A program made the translations under genes and the position numbers. From Octopus sinensis (taxonomy: Eukaryota): 64,000 nt of DNA. The stretch spans positions 9,734,001 to 9,798,000 of the forward strand of contig NC_043003.1 in the NCBI RefSeq assembly GCF_006345805.1, in the 5' to 3' direction. Positions 1 through 13,625 of this stretch are shown here, one piece after another. Numbering within the stretch: the first letter of the stretch is position 1; each line of letters starts with the position of its first letter. The notes under the pieces were generated by a model. That model worked only from the letters and a program-made list of their open reading frames with translations, was not told where the DNA came from and did no database searches.

Positions 1-421
1 TACATTCATATATCACAGTGATACACGTATGCAATACAGCATCATTGCGTGTTTCTGTATGTATATGTATTTTTGTGCATGTATGTATGTAGGTAGTAAG
101 TATTGATGTATGTATGTATGAAAGTACATATATTTGCATTTATGCATATAGTTGTAGGACACATTTAAAGTGTTCCAAGTTCGGCCGAGGATTCAAAAGT
201 AAATACATATATACGAGTTTGAAACTAAGTAAAAACAATTGGCGCACGATTATGTTGTCGCTTCTCTTCCTATGTCAATATCTTCGGATATTTCCATTTG
301 TTTCAATAGATATCTATGATACGAAAGATACCCCAAAAGCATACGTATGTCATGTACCATATATATATATTAATATATACAAATATATACAAATTTATAG
401 GCATATACGTATATATATTTC

Positions 422-467
<46 letters not shown>

Positions 468-729
468 TATGAATTGGTTTATCTGCATCACTATCTTCAT
501 ACCAGCTCAACTGGATTTATTTTGTGGCCATTCTATACACCGTCGACCTTGTCCTCCATGAAGATTTCGGATTTTTAAAGTCCAAAATCTCTTAGAACTA
601 CTACATCTTTTCTATATTAACCATCACTAGCATCCAGCATATGACTGTATACATAATGTGTAAGTGGTGTGTGTGTACACACACACACCACCACACATAT
701 ATATATTTATATTACTTACTCCGGTATAT

Positions 730-771
<42 letters not shown>

Positions 772-830
772 ATAATTATATATATATAAAATATACTATT
801 ATATATATATATATATATATAATATATATA

Positions 831-1050
831 CGGAGTAAGAAAGCACATAAATGTGAAACACGGTGGAAAAAAAGTACTCAATAACCAGAGCCAGAGTAAT
901 ATGCTTATTTAGAACAGCAGAAATATGACTAAAGCTGTTACTCAGAGTTTCACGTTCCCGTTCGTCGGACAGTGTGTTTCCCGACGAACGGGAATGTGAA
1001 ACTCTGAGTAACAACTTAGTTATATTTCTGCTGCTTTTAAATAAAGTATT
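831..1050 (-). mobile_element. Short hammerhead-bearing element, family H1, with fold-back (inverted) 5' segment, embedded in (TA)n
   Basis: Arms at about 900-968 and 981-1050 are reverse complements around a 12-nt spacer. A related copy lies at 3561-3708. Both copies end at a (TA)n tract. Confidence 0.7.
935..972 (-). ncRNA. Type I hammerhead ribozyme motif (one core substitution, U4C)
   Basis: Minus strand reads CTGT-CCGACGA-ACG(GGAA)CGT-GAA-ACTCTGAGT-A-ACAG. Stem I is CTGT/ACAG, stem II is ACG/CGT, stem III is ACT(CTG)AGT, and the cleavage triplet is GUA. Confidence 0.7.
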
Positions 1051-1573
1051 ATATATATAATATATATATATATATATTATATATATATATATATAGGTAT
1101 ATGAATAATATGTATGCATATTTGCGTGTGTGTTTATTTATACGTGTATATATATACATTTATATATGTTAATATTAATTGTGTGCAAGGCAGCACATCA
1201 TTTCAAATATATATTAGCAGTGCAGCGTTACGTTATGTATTTCTAGCAAAAAAAGTATTTAAAGTGTAATATACAATCCTAATAAGGAAATCTAGATTTG
1301 AAACTTTGTGAGGCATATGATTTCATTTATAACTATTTTATTATACACTTTGATAACCTAATTGTCAACCTTTACATATATGCATAATATTCGCACACCA
1401 CAAGTTCACTGCATCTTATATAGATATGAATGTAAAAATATCCAGAGTTAAAAGAGTCAATAAGCGTACTGTGTGATGCGCTCATATTTTCCATACGAAT
1501 AAATTACAAAAATAGAACATAATCGAAGACATTTTGAATAAATGCATGCATACATACATACATATATATATAG

Positions 1574-2072
1574 ATATGTTTCGACCAAAGATTGGTCCAG
1601 GCCATGCCTAACTTAATAGCACCACCTGATATGATTATTTGAATCCTGTTTAAGTCAAGTTTTGTTTATGGTCCATTCAAGTAGTGAGTTTTTGTTGGGT
1701 GAGTTGTATCCAATAATAGGTGTCTTATCCGGTATTCCTTGAAGAAATCTATCCAGACTCCGGTTAAAGTTGATGGGATCTTTTTCCTCTTTGATTTCTT
1801 TCTGGTCAATGTTAAACAGGGCAGGGCCTGTTGCGGAAAAGAAATTATGTTGCAGTGTACCTATATGATGTGATCCTGAATTGGGCAGGGGACGTATGAC
1901 CCATGAACCCAGCTTTGGATGAACCTTGAAACTAATGTTCAGGTCGTTTGTGCAAAGTTGGCGGTATATTCTCCACATCGTACAAATGATGTACCGCTCG
2001 CGGTGGCGCTGGAGAGAGTAGAGTTTCAGTGCTTTAAGGCGGTCCCAATAATCGAGTGCTGTCATGCCTTCA
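1574..2072 (-). mobile_element. CR1/L2-group LINE, 3' fragment (ORF2 C-terminus plus 3' UTR)
   Basis: Encodes [22 protein letters not shown]...NFFSATGPALFN...FNRSLDRFLQGIPDK, the typical post-RT C-terminus of this group. Second copy at 20515-20978. Confidence 0.85.
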
Positions 2073-2933
2073 TATATATATATGTATGTATGTAATGTAT
2101 GTATATATATATATATATATACATATTTGTATAAATATATGTATAAATACATATGTATACAATATATATATATATATGTATACATATATGTATTTATATA
2201 CATATGTTTATATACGCATGCATATACACGTGTATACATACACGTATGAATGAATATGCATATATGCGTGGGTCAAATGAATTATCTTTTTTACAAGCTC
2301 CTTTTTAATTTAATATTCATTACGTTAGAATTTTGTACCCGCTTCGTTAATTTGATACACAACCTGTTATAATTTGATATAAACATCGTTGATTTTATAT
2401 AACTTATTTTTACTTTTTGATATACATTTCATTAGTTTTATATATAAGCTTTTAAAATCTGTAAACTTGCATGCTAGAGAGTATTCCATTGATAATGGGT
2501 TTAAAATTATTTGAATAAAAGCAAATGCGTATGACATAACTAAAAGAACCAAATAATGGAAATCGAATTGTTCCTTTTCATAAATACTTATATTTATATA
2601 TTAATTTCTTGTAAGTTGGTCTGTTAAAATATTAACTATTAGTACATACACGCAGAGATATGCTTTCAAAAATGTACAACATATATAAAATACACAGAAA
2701 TATACATACACACACACATATATATGCAAATATGTATTTATAAATTATATATATATATGAACATATGTATATACATACATTTATATGTTCATATATATAT
2801 ATGTAGACACAAACATACATGCATATATATATATATATGTATATGTATATACATATATACATATATACATATATACATAGTTATTTATATATATCATACA
2901 TAAATACCTATATCCATATATGTATGCACACAC

Positions 2934-2972
<39 letters not shown>

Positions 2973-3530
2973 TATATATATATAGATAGATAGATAGATA
3001 TATATTAATACTTACTAGTAATGCATACACATAGAGAGAAAGAATAGGATTCGAGAAAGAAATATCTTCTTTCATTGTTAATATGCGCAATACATAAGTA
3101 CAGAGGCATACATAATTGCAAACACGCAGAGCAAAGAAGAAAAAACAAAGGAAATATGGACATATTGTCGTACACACATAAAAATAACTGATAGCCAGCC
3201 AAATCCATGGATCGATACGTCACTGAAAATGAAGTGAGAAAGGGCAGGTGGGGAGGTGGATTTACTGCAATGACTGCAATACAGACAAACATCTGTGAAA
3301 TGTTAGATTCGCGGTATTATGGACAAAAGAAATTTAAGAAAATAAGTGGTAGTCATGTGTATAAATTCGCACACATTAAGGTGTAGATAAACTGATAATA
3401 TACACATGGTCATATATAGACACATACACATACGCACACACGCGTACACACATATAATGATACACATAGATACCTACTTATATAATTGTTAACAAGGTAA
3501 AAATACGCTCATCTATTTATATATATATGT

Positions 3531-3560
<30 letters not shown>

Positions 3561-3561
<1 letters not shown>

Positions 3562-3708
3562 CTAGAGTAAGCACATAAATGCGAAATGAGGTAGAAAAAA
3601 TAGTACTCGAATACCGGAGGCAGAGCAATATGGATATCACAAAAACTGTTACTCAGAGTTTCACGTTCTCGGAACGTGAACCTCTGAGTAACAGTTTTTG
3701 TGATATAT
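3561..3708 (-). mobile_element. Family H1 element, second copy, with a near-perfect terminal palindrome
   Basis: Similar to 831-960. The 35-bp arms at 3634-3668 and 3672-3706 differ by one mismatch. It contains the CGT-GAA-ACTCTGAGT-A-ACAG half of the hammerhead; the CUGA half is lost at the fold-back. Confidence 0.7.
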
Positions 3709-4193
3709 TTGATGATTTTTATTAGTGTATGTATGTTATGTATTTTATATATATAAAGATATGTACACATAGTGGATATGCGTATATATAGTATTATCCA
3801 AATACATGACATGCATAGTGATATCAAAATGCATGCGCGTATCTATGTATGTGTGAATGCGTGTCTCGTAAGCGTGTCTCTGAGCACATTACGTAAATTT
3901 GCATATATATATATATATTAAACTCTGTACATTTTTCACAATCGTATTTATTTTGTAAACCCAATATTGATTTCTCTTTGCCCGGTCATAATTCATACAG
4001 CGGGTGATAAAAGATTGAACAAATACTGTTGTACCTGTTCAATGACTTAATCACCATTGTAGAAATTTAAATATATAGATAAAACTGATGTAATTTTTGT
4101 TCGACCTGCTTTTTTCTTTAATCTCATTATAGTTTGCCTAAATTATCTGCTAGATATATTCTGATAATCAACTAAATCACAACACATGTATGT

Positions 4194-4242
<49 letters not shown>

Positions 4243-4759
4243 TATATAATATATTATATATATATATATATATATAATATATATGGGTGTGTGTGTGTAT
4301 GTATATATATATATATATGAAAAGAATGGAGTCGAACGAAGATTTTAACAAATTCCTTACTTTCGACATATGTTTTGTAGACTGCATACTCTTAATTACG
4401 AAGGAATGAAGGTTGCATTATGCTGTGTTCTCATCAGGAAATACAAGGAACCTCTATCTATATATATATATATGTATATATATATGCATATATATATATG
4501 TGTGTGTGCGTATGTGTGTATATATATGTATGTATATTTATCTATCTATCAATCTTTATATATATATACATATATACATATACATACATGATGTGTATAT
4601 ATATATATATATATATATATTTACCTAATATGTAAATGTCGATTAGTGTGTTGAAGTGCTGAGTAGAATAATAGCACAGTTTGGGCTATCTGGTGTCATC
4701 CGCAGTCGGGGTATATTTCCGTTCGATCTACTTCAGGAATTCCGCAGTGTTACTTGAGA

Positions 4760-4769
4760 TAATAATAAC

Positions 4770-4828
<59 letters not shown>
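4760..4828. repeat. (TAA)n microsatellite
   Basis: Direct inspection. Confidence 0.95.
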
Positions 4829-4829
<1 letters not shown>

Positions 4830-5121
4830 TTTTAAATATCAAGAAGATGGATTTGGTACTGAACTTTATTTTGTACAACGGTCGCTTCGACCCACCCTGT
4901 TACTGTTCTTTATGGGTGGGACTCCTTTCCCCATGTGTTGCATCAATTCTGCAGTCTGGATCTCATCAGGGTCGTTTATACATAAAAGATTATGTCTCTC
5001 TAAAATCCTACGTTTTGCCTGTCATGTTGTTATACGCCCGTCTCTTTAGACGTTCCTGATGGGACCCAAACTGCAAAATTGATGCAACACATGTGGGATG
5101 GTGTCTCACCCACAAGAGACC

Positions 5122-5123
<2 letters not shown>
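4830..5123. mobile_element. Element H4 with internal inverted repeat and a hammerhead-like motif
   Basis: 4908-4970 is an imperfect reverse complement of 5055-5118. The minus arm has CTGATGA-GATCCA...TGGGTC-GAAG, and the plus arm has CTGATGG-GACCCA. Confidence 0.5.
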
Positions 5124-5154
<31 letters not shown>

Positions 5155-5159
<5 letters not shown>

Positions 5160-5375
5160 TAGTTTTATTTTCATAGCGTGATTTCACATCACTACCGAGC
5201 GCAGCTCTGTGTGCCTTGGGTATGTGCTTTGATTTGTTGTGATGTTCTGATGGTTATTGCATGGAAAGTGTTCTGCGTAGGATGTGTGCAGTGCTTAGTA
5301 GTGCAATTTTCTGCATGTTATATGTGTTTGTAAGTCCTGGTGTTTTTGTTATGTATTTGTCTGAATATTTTTTTG
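5155..5375 (-). mobile_element. R4/Dong-type non-LTR retrotransposon, extreme 3' end
   Basis: Encodes ...NMQKIALLSTAHILRRTLSMQ*. Similar to 37520-37749. (TAA)n lies on both sides. Confidence 0.75.
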
Positions 5376-5903
5376 AATATTATTATTATTATTTTATTAT
5401 TATTGTTGTTGTTGTATAATTTGGCAAAATGTTCTGGGGATTACAAAATTTGTTCAAACAGTCTTTCCAACTTTATAACCGCGCTTCGTTTTTATATTTG
5501 GTGAACTCGGGACCTGAAACAGTCATGGAGCAGTGAATGCATGTCAATGATGAGGTAACGAATAGTGATGGAAGAACTTTCACAAATGTATCTGATTGAT
5601 TGATTGATCGAAAGTTTAACGGAACAATCGACAACTTAATTCATTAAATGGCTAATTTATTCGCAAATAAACATAAAGAACTGAAAGAGAAACGGTGCGT
5701 GTGATTATTAATCACATAATGTTTCTCCAGAGGTGCAACAAAATAATGGCATTTCTTTCACAAGGTATTCCATCCGATTAAAGATTATCCTGAAGATCTC
5801 TATGAAATAACCCTCAATAATATTGCGTTGTTCAGGGAGGTGCACGATTTACATTGAATACAGAGTATAGCATTAGATAGTGCTAAAGGGTAATTGGGAT
5901 GTT

Positions 5904-6138
5904 AAGGCGGCGAGCTGGCAGAAACGTTAGCACGCCGGGCGAAATGCTTAGCGGTATTTCGTCTGCGTTACGTTGTGAGTTCAAATTCCGCCGAGGTCGA
6001 CTTTGCCTTTCATCCTTTCGGGGTCGATAAATTAAGTACCAATTAAGCACTGGGGTCGATGTAATCGACTTAATACCTATGTCTATCCATGTTTGTCCCC
6101 TCTGTGTTTAACCCCTTGTGGGTAATAAAGAAATAGGT
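5904..6138 (+). mobile_element. SINE family A (tRNA-derived, Nin-like central domain)
   Basis: Head AAGGCGGCGAGCTGGCAGAAACGTTAG, B box GAGTTCAAATTCC, core GCCTTTCATCCTTTCGGGGTCGATAAA, tail AAAGAAATAGGT. TSD GGTAATTGGG. Confidence 0.9.
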
Positions 6139-6309
6139 AATTGGGCATGATATTTTAACGTTGAAATCCATGTTTCGGCGTCAAAGCTGACTACTTTGAA
6201 GTTTACTGTGAAGACGTCTGACAAGAATGCACCAAACTCACTCCGTACATATCGTTGCCTGCACCCATTTCGTTCTATGTATACGCCAATGCAAGGCGTT
6301 TTTATTAAA

Positions 6310-6555
6310 ATTATCATTACTCCAATCATCATCATCATCATCAGCATCGTCGTCGTCGTTTTCTTAGTCGTCATCATCATTGTCATCATCGCCATCATAC
6401 TCATCCCCCTTCTTATCATCATCATTGTCGCCAGTGTCATCCTCGACGTTATCATAATCATCATCATTACCATCGTCATCAAAGCCACCAAAACCACCAC
6501 CTCAACCGCCATCATCGTCATCATCATCATCTTTATAATCATCATCATCGTGACT
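6310..6555. repeat. Compound (CAT)n/(CGT)n trinucleotide repeat
   Basis: Direct inspection. It explains the poly-M and poly-I ORFs at 6108-6665 and 6196-6627. Confidence 0.9.
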
Positions 6556-7472
6556 TTTTTTTTTCTTTTCATAAACGAAAGCATTAGTATATATGTGGTA
6601 TATTGGAATAAATTTGTGGTTTCATAATTCATCACTAACACATGTTTCCTCCATAAACAACACAATTTGGTATCACATTTATGATATCAAACAGTTCTGA
6701 GAGCAAATGAGTAAAAGTATTGTTCGGTTGCGTGACTTGGAATAGTTTGAGCGTTGGTGTGAACAAATCCGGCTTAGTTTCGATATCATGTTAAGAAAAC
6801 ACTTTCTTAAATCTTACAATAAGCATGCATATCACATATATATGTTATTTCCTATAGCATAAAAGACATCATATTACCCATAAGATATATATATATATTC
6901 CTTGACTACAGCTCCCCGTAAACATATCGTCAAAATCGATTTCTGTGTATTTTGAATTGTAGATATTTCCCATAAAATTAAGTAAGTTACATACTTATTT
7001 CATTCAAGAGTAACGCCTGAATCAATATCTATAGCAATTATCTTTTCGCAAATTATTTTTAACTGCCGTATATCAATTTTGTCGTTTAATCATTCTCCCC
7101 GAAAGTTAAAAAAAATATATCCGTCTGCATGTCAGTATGTATCTATATGAGTGTATAAGTGTGTCCACGAATCTGTGTAGGTTATCTCAACTAGCCGTAT
7201 AACGTCCATTAGCGGCAAAGTGGAGATTTATTGAACAATCTAACACACACATACACACACACACACACACAAACGAATATATACATTAGATGAAATCTCA
7301 AAATGTATATGTTTGTATATATGTACTATATATGTGTGTGTGTGGAGTGTATTACATATGTATCGTATATATGTATTGATACTCATGTGTGTGTGGTTGT
7401 ATGTATATATATATATATCTTATACATATCGTATATCTATCTGTGTGTATCATATATGCATTATATGTATGG

Positions 7473-7504
<32 letters not shown>

Positions 7505-7624
7505 ATGAGTGTATGTATATATACATACATATGCATATATATAATTATATATATATATATATAGTATGTATGTATTTATATATATATATATATATGTATG
7601 TATTTATATATATATATATATATG

Positions 7625-7673
<49 letters not shown>

Positions 7674-8128
7674 TCTATGCACATATGCAGATATATATAA
7701 GCATATAATCTATGGGAGCAAATATTTGTTCTTATAAACATTATCTATAAGTACCAAAGGATTCGTGGTTCTTTTATTTCACGTATATACATATAAATGT
7801 CTGTGTATGTGTGTACATGTGTGTACATACATACACACATAGATGCATATGCATGTGTGTGTGTGTGCATGTACGTATGTTGCGTGTGGATGACTTTCGT
7901 GTGTTTACTTAATTGCCCCTGAATTATATGACATTCCAGATTTATAATATAGCACCTGAAGATTATGTGAGATGTGCAGTCTATGCTAAAATAAATGGCT
8001 TACTTTAAGCCAACAAAATATCTCCTGTATATATATTCAGCATGAGTATGACGGAAATTGGTTGAGACTACAAATTGATGCACAAATTATATACATATAT
8101 ATACATATACATATACATATATATATAC

Positions 8129-8175
<47 letters not shown>

Positions 8176-8407
8176 GTACATATACATATCATATGTATGT
8201 ATGTAAGTATATATGTATAATATATATATATATATATATAATATATAAATATATACACACATATATATGTATGTATATACATATATACAACGTTTCGGAA
8301 TTTATAAAGTAAATCTCTTTTGCGTATATGTCCTCTATATTCACACCAAAGTTTTCTTTTATTGTTAAGCAAACAGGCACGTTCTCATAAATACACATAC
8401 ACGATCG

Positions 8408-8446
<39 letters not shown>

Positions 8447-8963
8447 ACACATAGATGTATATAATACAAATAAATAATAAAAAAACGCCAATTTTTTTAT
8501 TGCATAATCCGTGTAATAATTGTATGTGTGAAATACGTATCTGAGTGCTAGACGTTTTTAGTACCGTATTAATAATATAATCTTGAAAACAACTTCGGCT
8601 TGAACGAAAAATACAAACGGGAATCGTTGATTGGATTCTTACATTCGTACCGTTCTAGCTTCACATAAACACACACAAATATTTTATGAGGTTACCCAAC
8701 ATAACCGCAGTTGAATGACTGACAGCAATAAAAGCTTAACATATGCACAAGCACATGAACACATACACATGTACACACACACTCACATATATATATATAA
8801 ATATATATGTATGTATGTATATATATATATATATATATATACATATGTTTGTATGTATATACATACATATATGTATTTATATATATATTACATTTATATA
8901 TGTGTATATATATATATATGTAGATATATATATACATATATATATGTATTTATATATACATTC

Positions 8964-8996
<33 letters not shown>

Positions 8997-9771
8997 CATA
9001 TATAGATACATAAATGTATATATATATTTATGTACATGTATGTATATATGTAAATATCCGTAAAAGATTTTATATTGTTCATAAGTATATGAAAAAATTC
9101 GATTCCTTTTATAAGCTTGCCTATTCTGAGGAATATAGCCCAATAGGTCCTGCATTACAAAATACCTTTAATAGCGAAAAAATACATAAGAGATAAGGTT
9201 GTCATCATATAACACGCCACACTTAGTATCACTAACGCCATTAACTTCACCGATATCAGCACAAAGAAACGTACCCTAAAACGTTGCAAAAAAGATATTG
9301 AAACAATTATAAAGAATAAAAATATATACAACAACAACAGCGACAACAATAGTAACATGACAAGTACTGAAACCCAAATCTGCTGAGTATTTACTCAACT
9401 GAAATCTTTTCAAATCATTGTGTATTTGCCTTGACACAGGAATCTATAAAATAATGTTCTGTCCGTCTGACAGATCTAGCTGCGTTATCGAATATGTATA
9501 TAATTATACGTATAAAAAGATTTGCGTGTGCATATACCTATACATATGTGTGTGTGTGTATATATATAAGGATAGACGTGTGCCTGAGTGCGTGTATGTT
9601 TGGATATTTGTATATATGTATACATGTAAATATATACACACATATGTTTATTTACATATATATATATATATATATATGTAAGTATACATATCTTATGTAT
9701 AATGCGAAAAGTAGTTATATATTATACATACAAACACAGATATATATATATATATATATATAATATGTATG

Positions 9772-9824
<53 letters not shown>

Positions 9825-10415
9825 TATATATATATAGGTATGTGTATAAATATGTGCGTATAAATGCACACACTCATATATAATTACATATGTTAGATAT
9901 ATGTGAATATAATTTACACACAGGTATACATATGTATATAACAAAATGGACAACAAAATTAACATTTATTATTACAGTTATTTTATATTGTTATTATCAT
10001 TACTGATATGGATATTTTTTTTAAAAACTACTTCTGACTTATAATTATCTCTGCTTTTTGCCGCCGTAACCTACTAACGCTACTAATTCGAAGGTGAATA
10101 CTATTAAAGCAGCACTCTACTTGTTACTAATATTTCATTACCGGTTACATTTTTTTTATTTTATATAGTGATGTAGCGAGATCGATTCCTTGAGGAAGCG
10201 ATCGTGAGCAGTATTACAATAAAGAATTTAATATATTAAAACGAACGCGAATAAAGCAGTTTTGTATCGAAAATATATACCTCTTTGTTGTCTTTGTTTT
10301 TGATCTTTTCTGTTATACTTGTTGTCTTCGAGGGATATATTTTGTAAATAAACACTCTGAAGAATTCATCACCCAGCCTCCATCTCTATATCTATCTCTA
10401 TCTTTCTCTGTCTTA

Positions 10416-10461
<46 letters not shown>

Positions 10462-10642
10462 ACACACCACACACACACACACTCACTCACGCACGCACGC
10501 ACGTACGCACGCACGCACGCACGCACGCATGCACGCGCACACATGTATGTTTAGTGACTATGCGGATTCGTTTAAAATGGGTCACAGTTCTCTTTTTCCA
10601 GCCAAGTCTAATAAAAAATATTTGGGTATTTAGACGCCGTTT

Positions 10643-10803
10643 TAAGGTAGCCAGCTGAGAGAATCATTGGCAAGACGGGCAAAATGCCTACCAGCATTAT
10701 ATCTGTTTTCATATTTTGAGTTCAATTTGCATCGAGGTCGACTTTGCCTTTTTCATCATCTTGGGGTCGACGAAATAAGTGCCTTGTGCCGAAATTTGAA
10801 ACC
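10643..10803 (+). mobile_element. Diverged SINE A-related copy (A2 tail GCCTTGTGCCGAAATTTGAAAC)
   Basis: Retains GAGGTCGACTTTGCCTTT and GGGGTCGA motifs. Confidence 0.6.
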
Positions 10804-10863
10804 ACTATTTACAGACTATTGTTTATAGCTTTATCTAGTTCCCTCTTTAAAAACAGCATACAC

Positions 10864-10930
<67 letters not shown>

Positions 10931-10931
<1 letters not shown>

Positions 10932-11699
10932 AGTGGCGACTACGGCACTCGGTTTGTTCGGGCTTAGCAAGCCGAGCATAAATTTAGTAAAGTGAAGGTG
11001 TACTTGCAAGCTGATATAATTTCTGCCAACACTGACTTCAAGTCAAAAACTCGGGCTCTTTTATTGAACCTGGTCACCGATCATTTATTTACGTTCAGCA
11101 TCTGGCAGTCGTCATAGAGGTGTTTTGTTTCGAAAAATATCATCCGTAGCGGAAGTTCTCTCGACATCGTTCACACACGCCTGACACGGGCTCAGAAGTT
11201 ACAGTCCGAGTTGTTATCAATAATCGTAAAAATTAAAAGTAATTTAAATTAAATGTGTTCTTGAAACAATAAATTTCTATAGAGATTAGGGTTTAAATTC
11301 CAATATTTGAAATTTTTCCGTTCTACAAAATTCTTAAAGGAGCGAAAAATTATCCAGCGACTCGGGCTAATACGAACGAGCCCGGTAGGTGTAATAATCT
11401 AACTGGTGTCTCTTGTCAAGAGTACTGCCGACAGAAAGATCGCTGATGTCTGTTGCCCACTCCGCTGTCTTTATTTGGTTGCTGTTATTCTGTGTGTCTG
11501 TGTGCAAAGATCAGTTGTGTTTTGCAGGGTTGCTTCATTTTTACCCTTATCTTACAAAGACATAGTGCTAGATATAAAATAATAAACCATCTGAGGCAAG
11601 AAATATCGCGGAAAAACGTGGAATTCTTCGAGCAGGCTTGTGTCTTATGCGAAATCCGTGATGAGCAACGAGGAACGCTGATGACCTGAGTCGCCTCTG
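10931..11699. mobile_element. Possible non-autonomous hAT-like DNA element
   Basis: Imperfect TIRs CAGTGGCGACTACG and CAGAGGCGACTCAG (11/14). The 8-bp flanks ATATATCT and ATATATGT match 7/8, but this is weak evidence inside a TA tract. Confidence 0.4.
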
Positions 11700-11742
11700 A
11701 TATATGTATATATATATATATGTATATATATATGTATGTATA

Positions 11743-11954
11743 CAGTGTGGCCCAAAATTAGGTTTACAGTTATCACGTAGGCCATTTAGATTTCTTTTAA
11801 AACATTTTATTACATCTAAATTTTTATGTTACAATTAACTAAATTTGCATAGAATAATGATTTCATATTTTTTTATAATTAAGATCTAAATTTTTAATAT
11901 AGGAATGCGAAAAGAGATAGTTGAATTACTGTAAACCAATTTTTGGGCCATCTG
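11743..11954. mobile_element. Tc1/mariner-type MITE
   Basis: TIRs of about 28 bp: CAGTGTGGCCCAAAATTAGGTTTACAGT versus the reverse complement CAGATGGCCCAAAAATTGGTTTACAGT. TA flanks on both sides. Confidence 0.75.
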
Positions 11955-12079
11955 TATATATATATATATATATATACACACACAACATTTCGGTAAATTT
12001 CTTGGTCCCACAGTTTTACCTGTCAGTAAACAGTTTCTTCAAACAGATCATATATACATACATACATTTATATATCTGA

Positions 12080-12200
12080 ACTACATGGTTCCGGGTTCAG
12101 TCCCACTGCGTGGCACATTGGGCAAGTGTCTTCTACTATAGCCTCAGGCCGACCAAAGCCTCGTGAGTGGATTTTGTAGATAGAAACTGAAAGAAGCCTG

Positions 12201-12260
<60 letters not shown>

Positions 12261-12487
12261 GTAAATGGGTGTATATGTTTGTGTGTCTGTGTTTTTCCCC
12301 AAAAAATCGCTTGACAACCGATTGTGGTGTGTTTACGCCCCCATAACTTAGCGGTTCGGAAAAAGAACCCGATAGAGTAAGTACTAGGCATACAAAGAAT
12401 AAGTCCTAGGGTCTATTTGCTCGACTAAATGCGGTGCTCCAGCATGGCTAGAGTCAAATGACTGAAACAAGTAAAAAAGTAAGAGTA
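12080..12487 (+). mobile_element. SINE family B (tRNA head, internal (TA)n, tail CAGCATGGC..GACTGAAACAAGTAAA), 5' truncated
   Basis: Aligns with 17063-17460. Confidence 0.85.
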
Positions 12488-12947
12488 TATACCGAATATA
12501 ATTCAGACGGGCTGGATTGAAGAAGAGGCTGAGATTTTAATCCGAATGCGAAGAACATTTACATGGGCTCAATCCCAACATTGTGACACATATTTTTTGT
12601 ACAAGCCAGAAGAGCAATTCAAAGAGACAGCTTTATCATCTGATGTCGTTGTGATTATTGCATTAAACATTCAAGATTCTGTGGAAAATTAGACCACTTA
12701 CAAAATTATACATCCAGCAACCAATCAGTTAGTACCTTGCAATCAGTTAGTACCTAGAATAGGATTTAGAAAAAGTGTTGAAACATTAGGAAAGGCATTT
12801 GTTAAAAAGTAAATCCTGGTTTTGGATTCAGTCTCACTGTGTAGCACCATGGGATTCTTCTACTGTAGCCCTGAGCTTTGTCCAAAGCTTTGTAAAGAGA
12901 ATTGGGTGGATGGAATCTAAGAGAAGATTGTTGTGTCTGTGTATGTG

Positions 12948-13330
12948 TGGAAGCACTTCGTCGGTTAGGACGATGAGATTTCCGGTTGATCCGAATCAAC
13001 GGAACAGCCTGCTCGTGAAATTAACGTGTAAGTGGCTGAGCACTCCACAGACACGTGCACCCTTAACGTAGTTCTCGGGAATATTCAGCGTGACACAGAG
13101 TGACAAGGCTGGCCCCTTGAAATACAGGTACAACAGAAGCAGGAAGTAAGAGTGAGAGAAAGTTGTGGTTAAAGAGTACAGCAGGGATCACCACCATCCC
13201 CTGCCAGAGCTTCGTGGAGCTTTTAGGTGTTTTCGCTCAATAAACACTCACAACGCCCGGTCTGGGAATCGAAACCGCGATCCTATGACCGCGAGTTCGC
13301 TGCCCTAACCACTGGGCCATTGCGCCTCCA
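12948..13330 (-). mobile_element. SINE family C, tail type C1
   Basis: Head GGAGGCGCAATGGCCCAGTGGTTAGGGCAGCG, B box GGTTTCGATTCCC. Near-identical to 22171-22547 and 42037-42421. Confidence 0.9.
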
Positions 13331-13399
13331 CTGTGTATGTGTACACACATATATGTAAGAGAGAGTGTAAACGTCTGAATGTCTGTGTCTCCTTCTTTT

Positions 13400-13625
13400 G
13401 ACTTGCATGATAATAGTAAATGAGTGTTACTGTTAGACAAGCAGTATCATTCATTTCCAATATTCTATGAAAGTATGCCTGACCATTGAGATTATATTAC
13501 CTTGCTGGCAATATATCTCAATGAGAGTTGGTGGCAAGAATGGTAACCAGCTGTAGTAAATCTACCTCAATAAACTCTATCACACCCATGCAAACATGGG
13601 AAAGTGAACGTTAAAATGATGATAT
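13400..13625 (+). mobile_element. Diverged SINE-like remnant with an RTE-type tail
   Basis: Ends ACCCATGCAAACATGGGAAAGTGAACGTTAAAATGATGAT, resembling RTE-derived tails (recognition only). Confidence 0.35.

Noticed and set aside
4352-4445. Minus-strand CTGATGA...GAAA with ATTTC/GGAAT flanks (hammerhead-like)
   Set aside because: There is no U16.1 in the required register, stem II is poor, and there is no second copy to support it.
6108-6665. Long Met-rich and Ile-rich ORFs
   Set aside because: They are translations of a (CAT)n compound repeat, and the non-repeat part matches no family I recognise.
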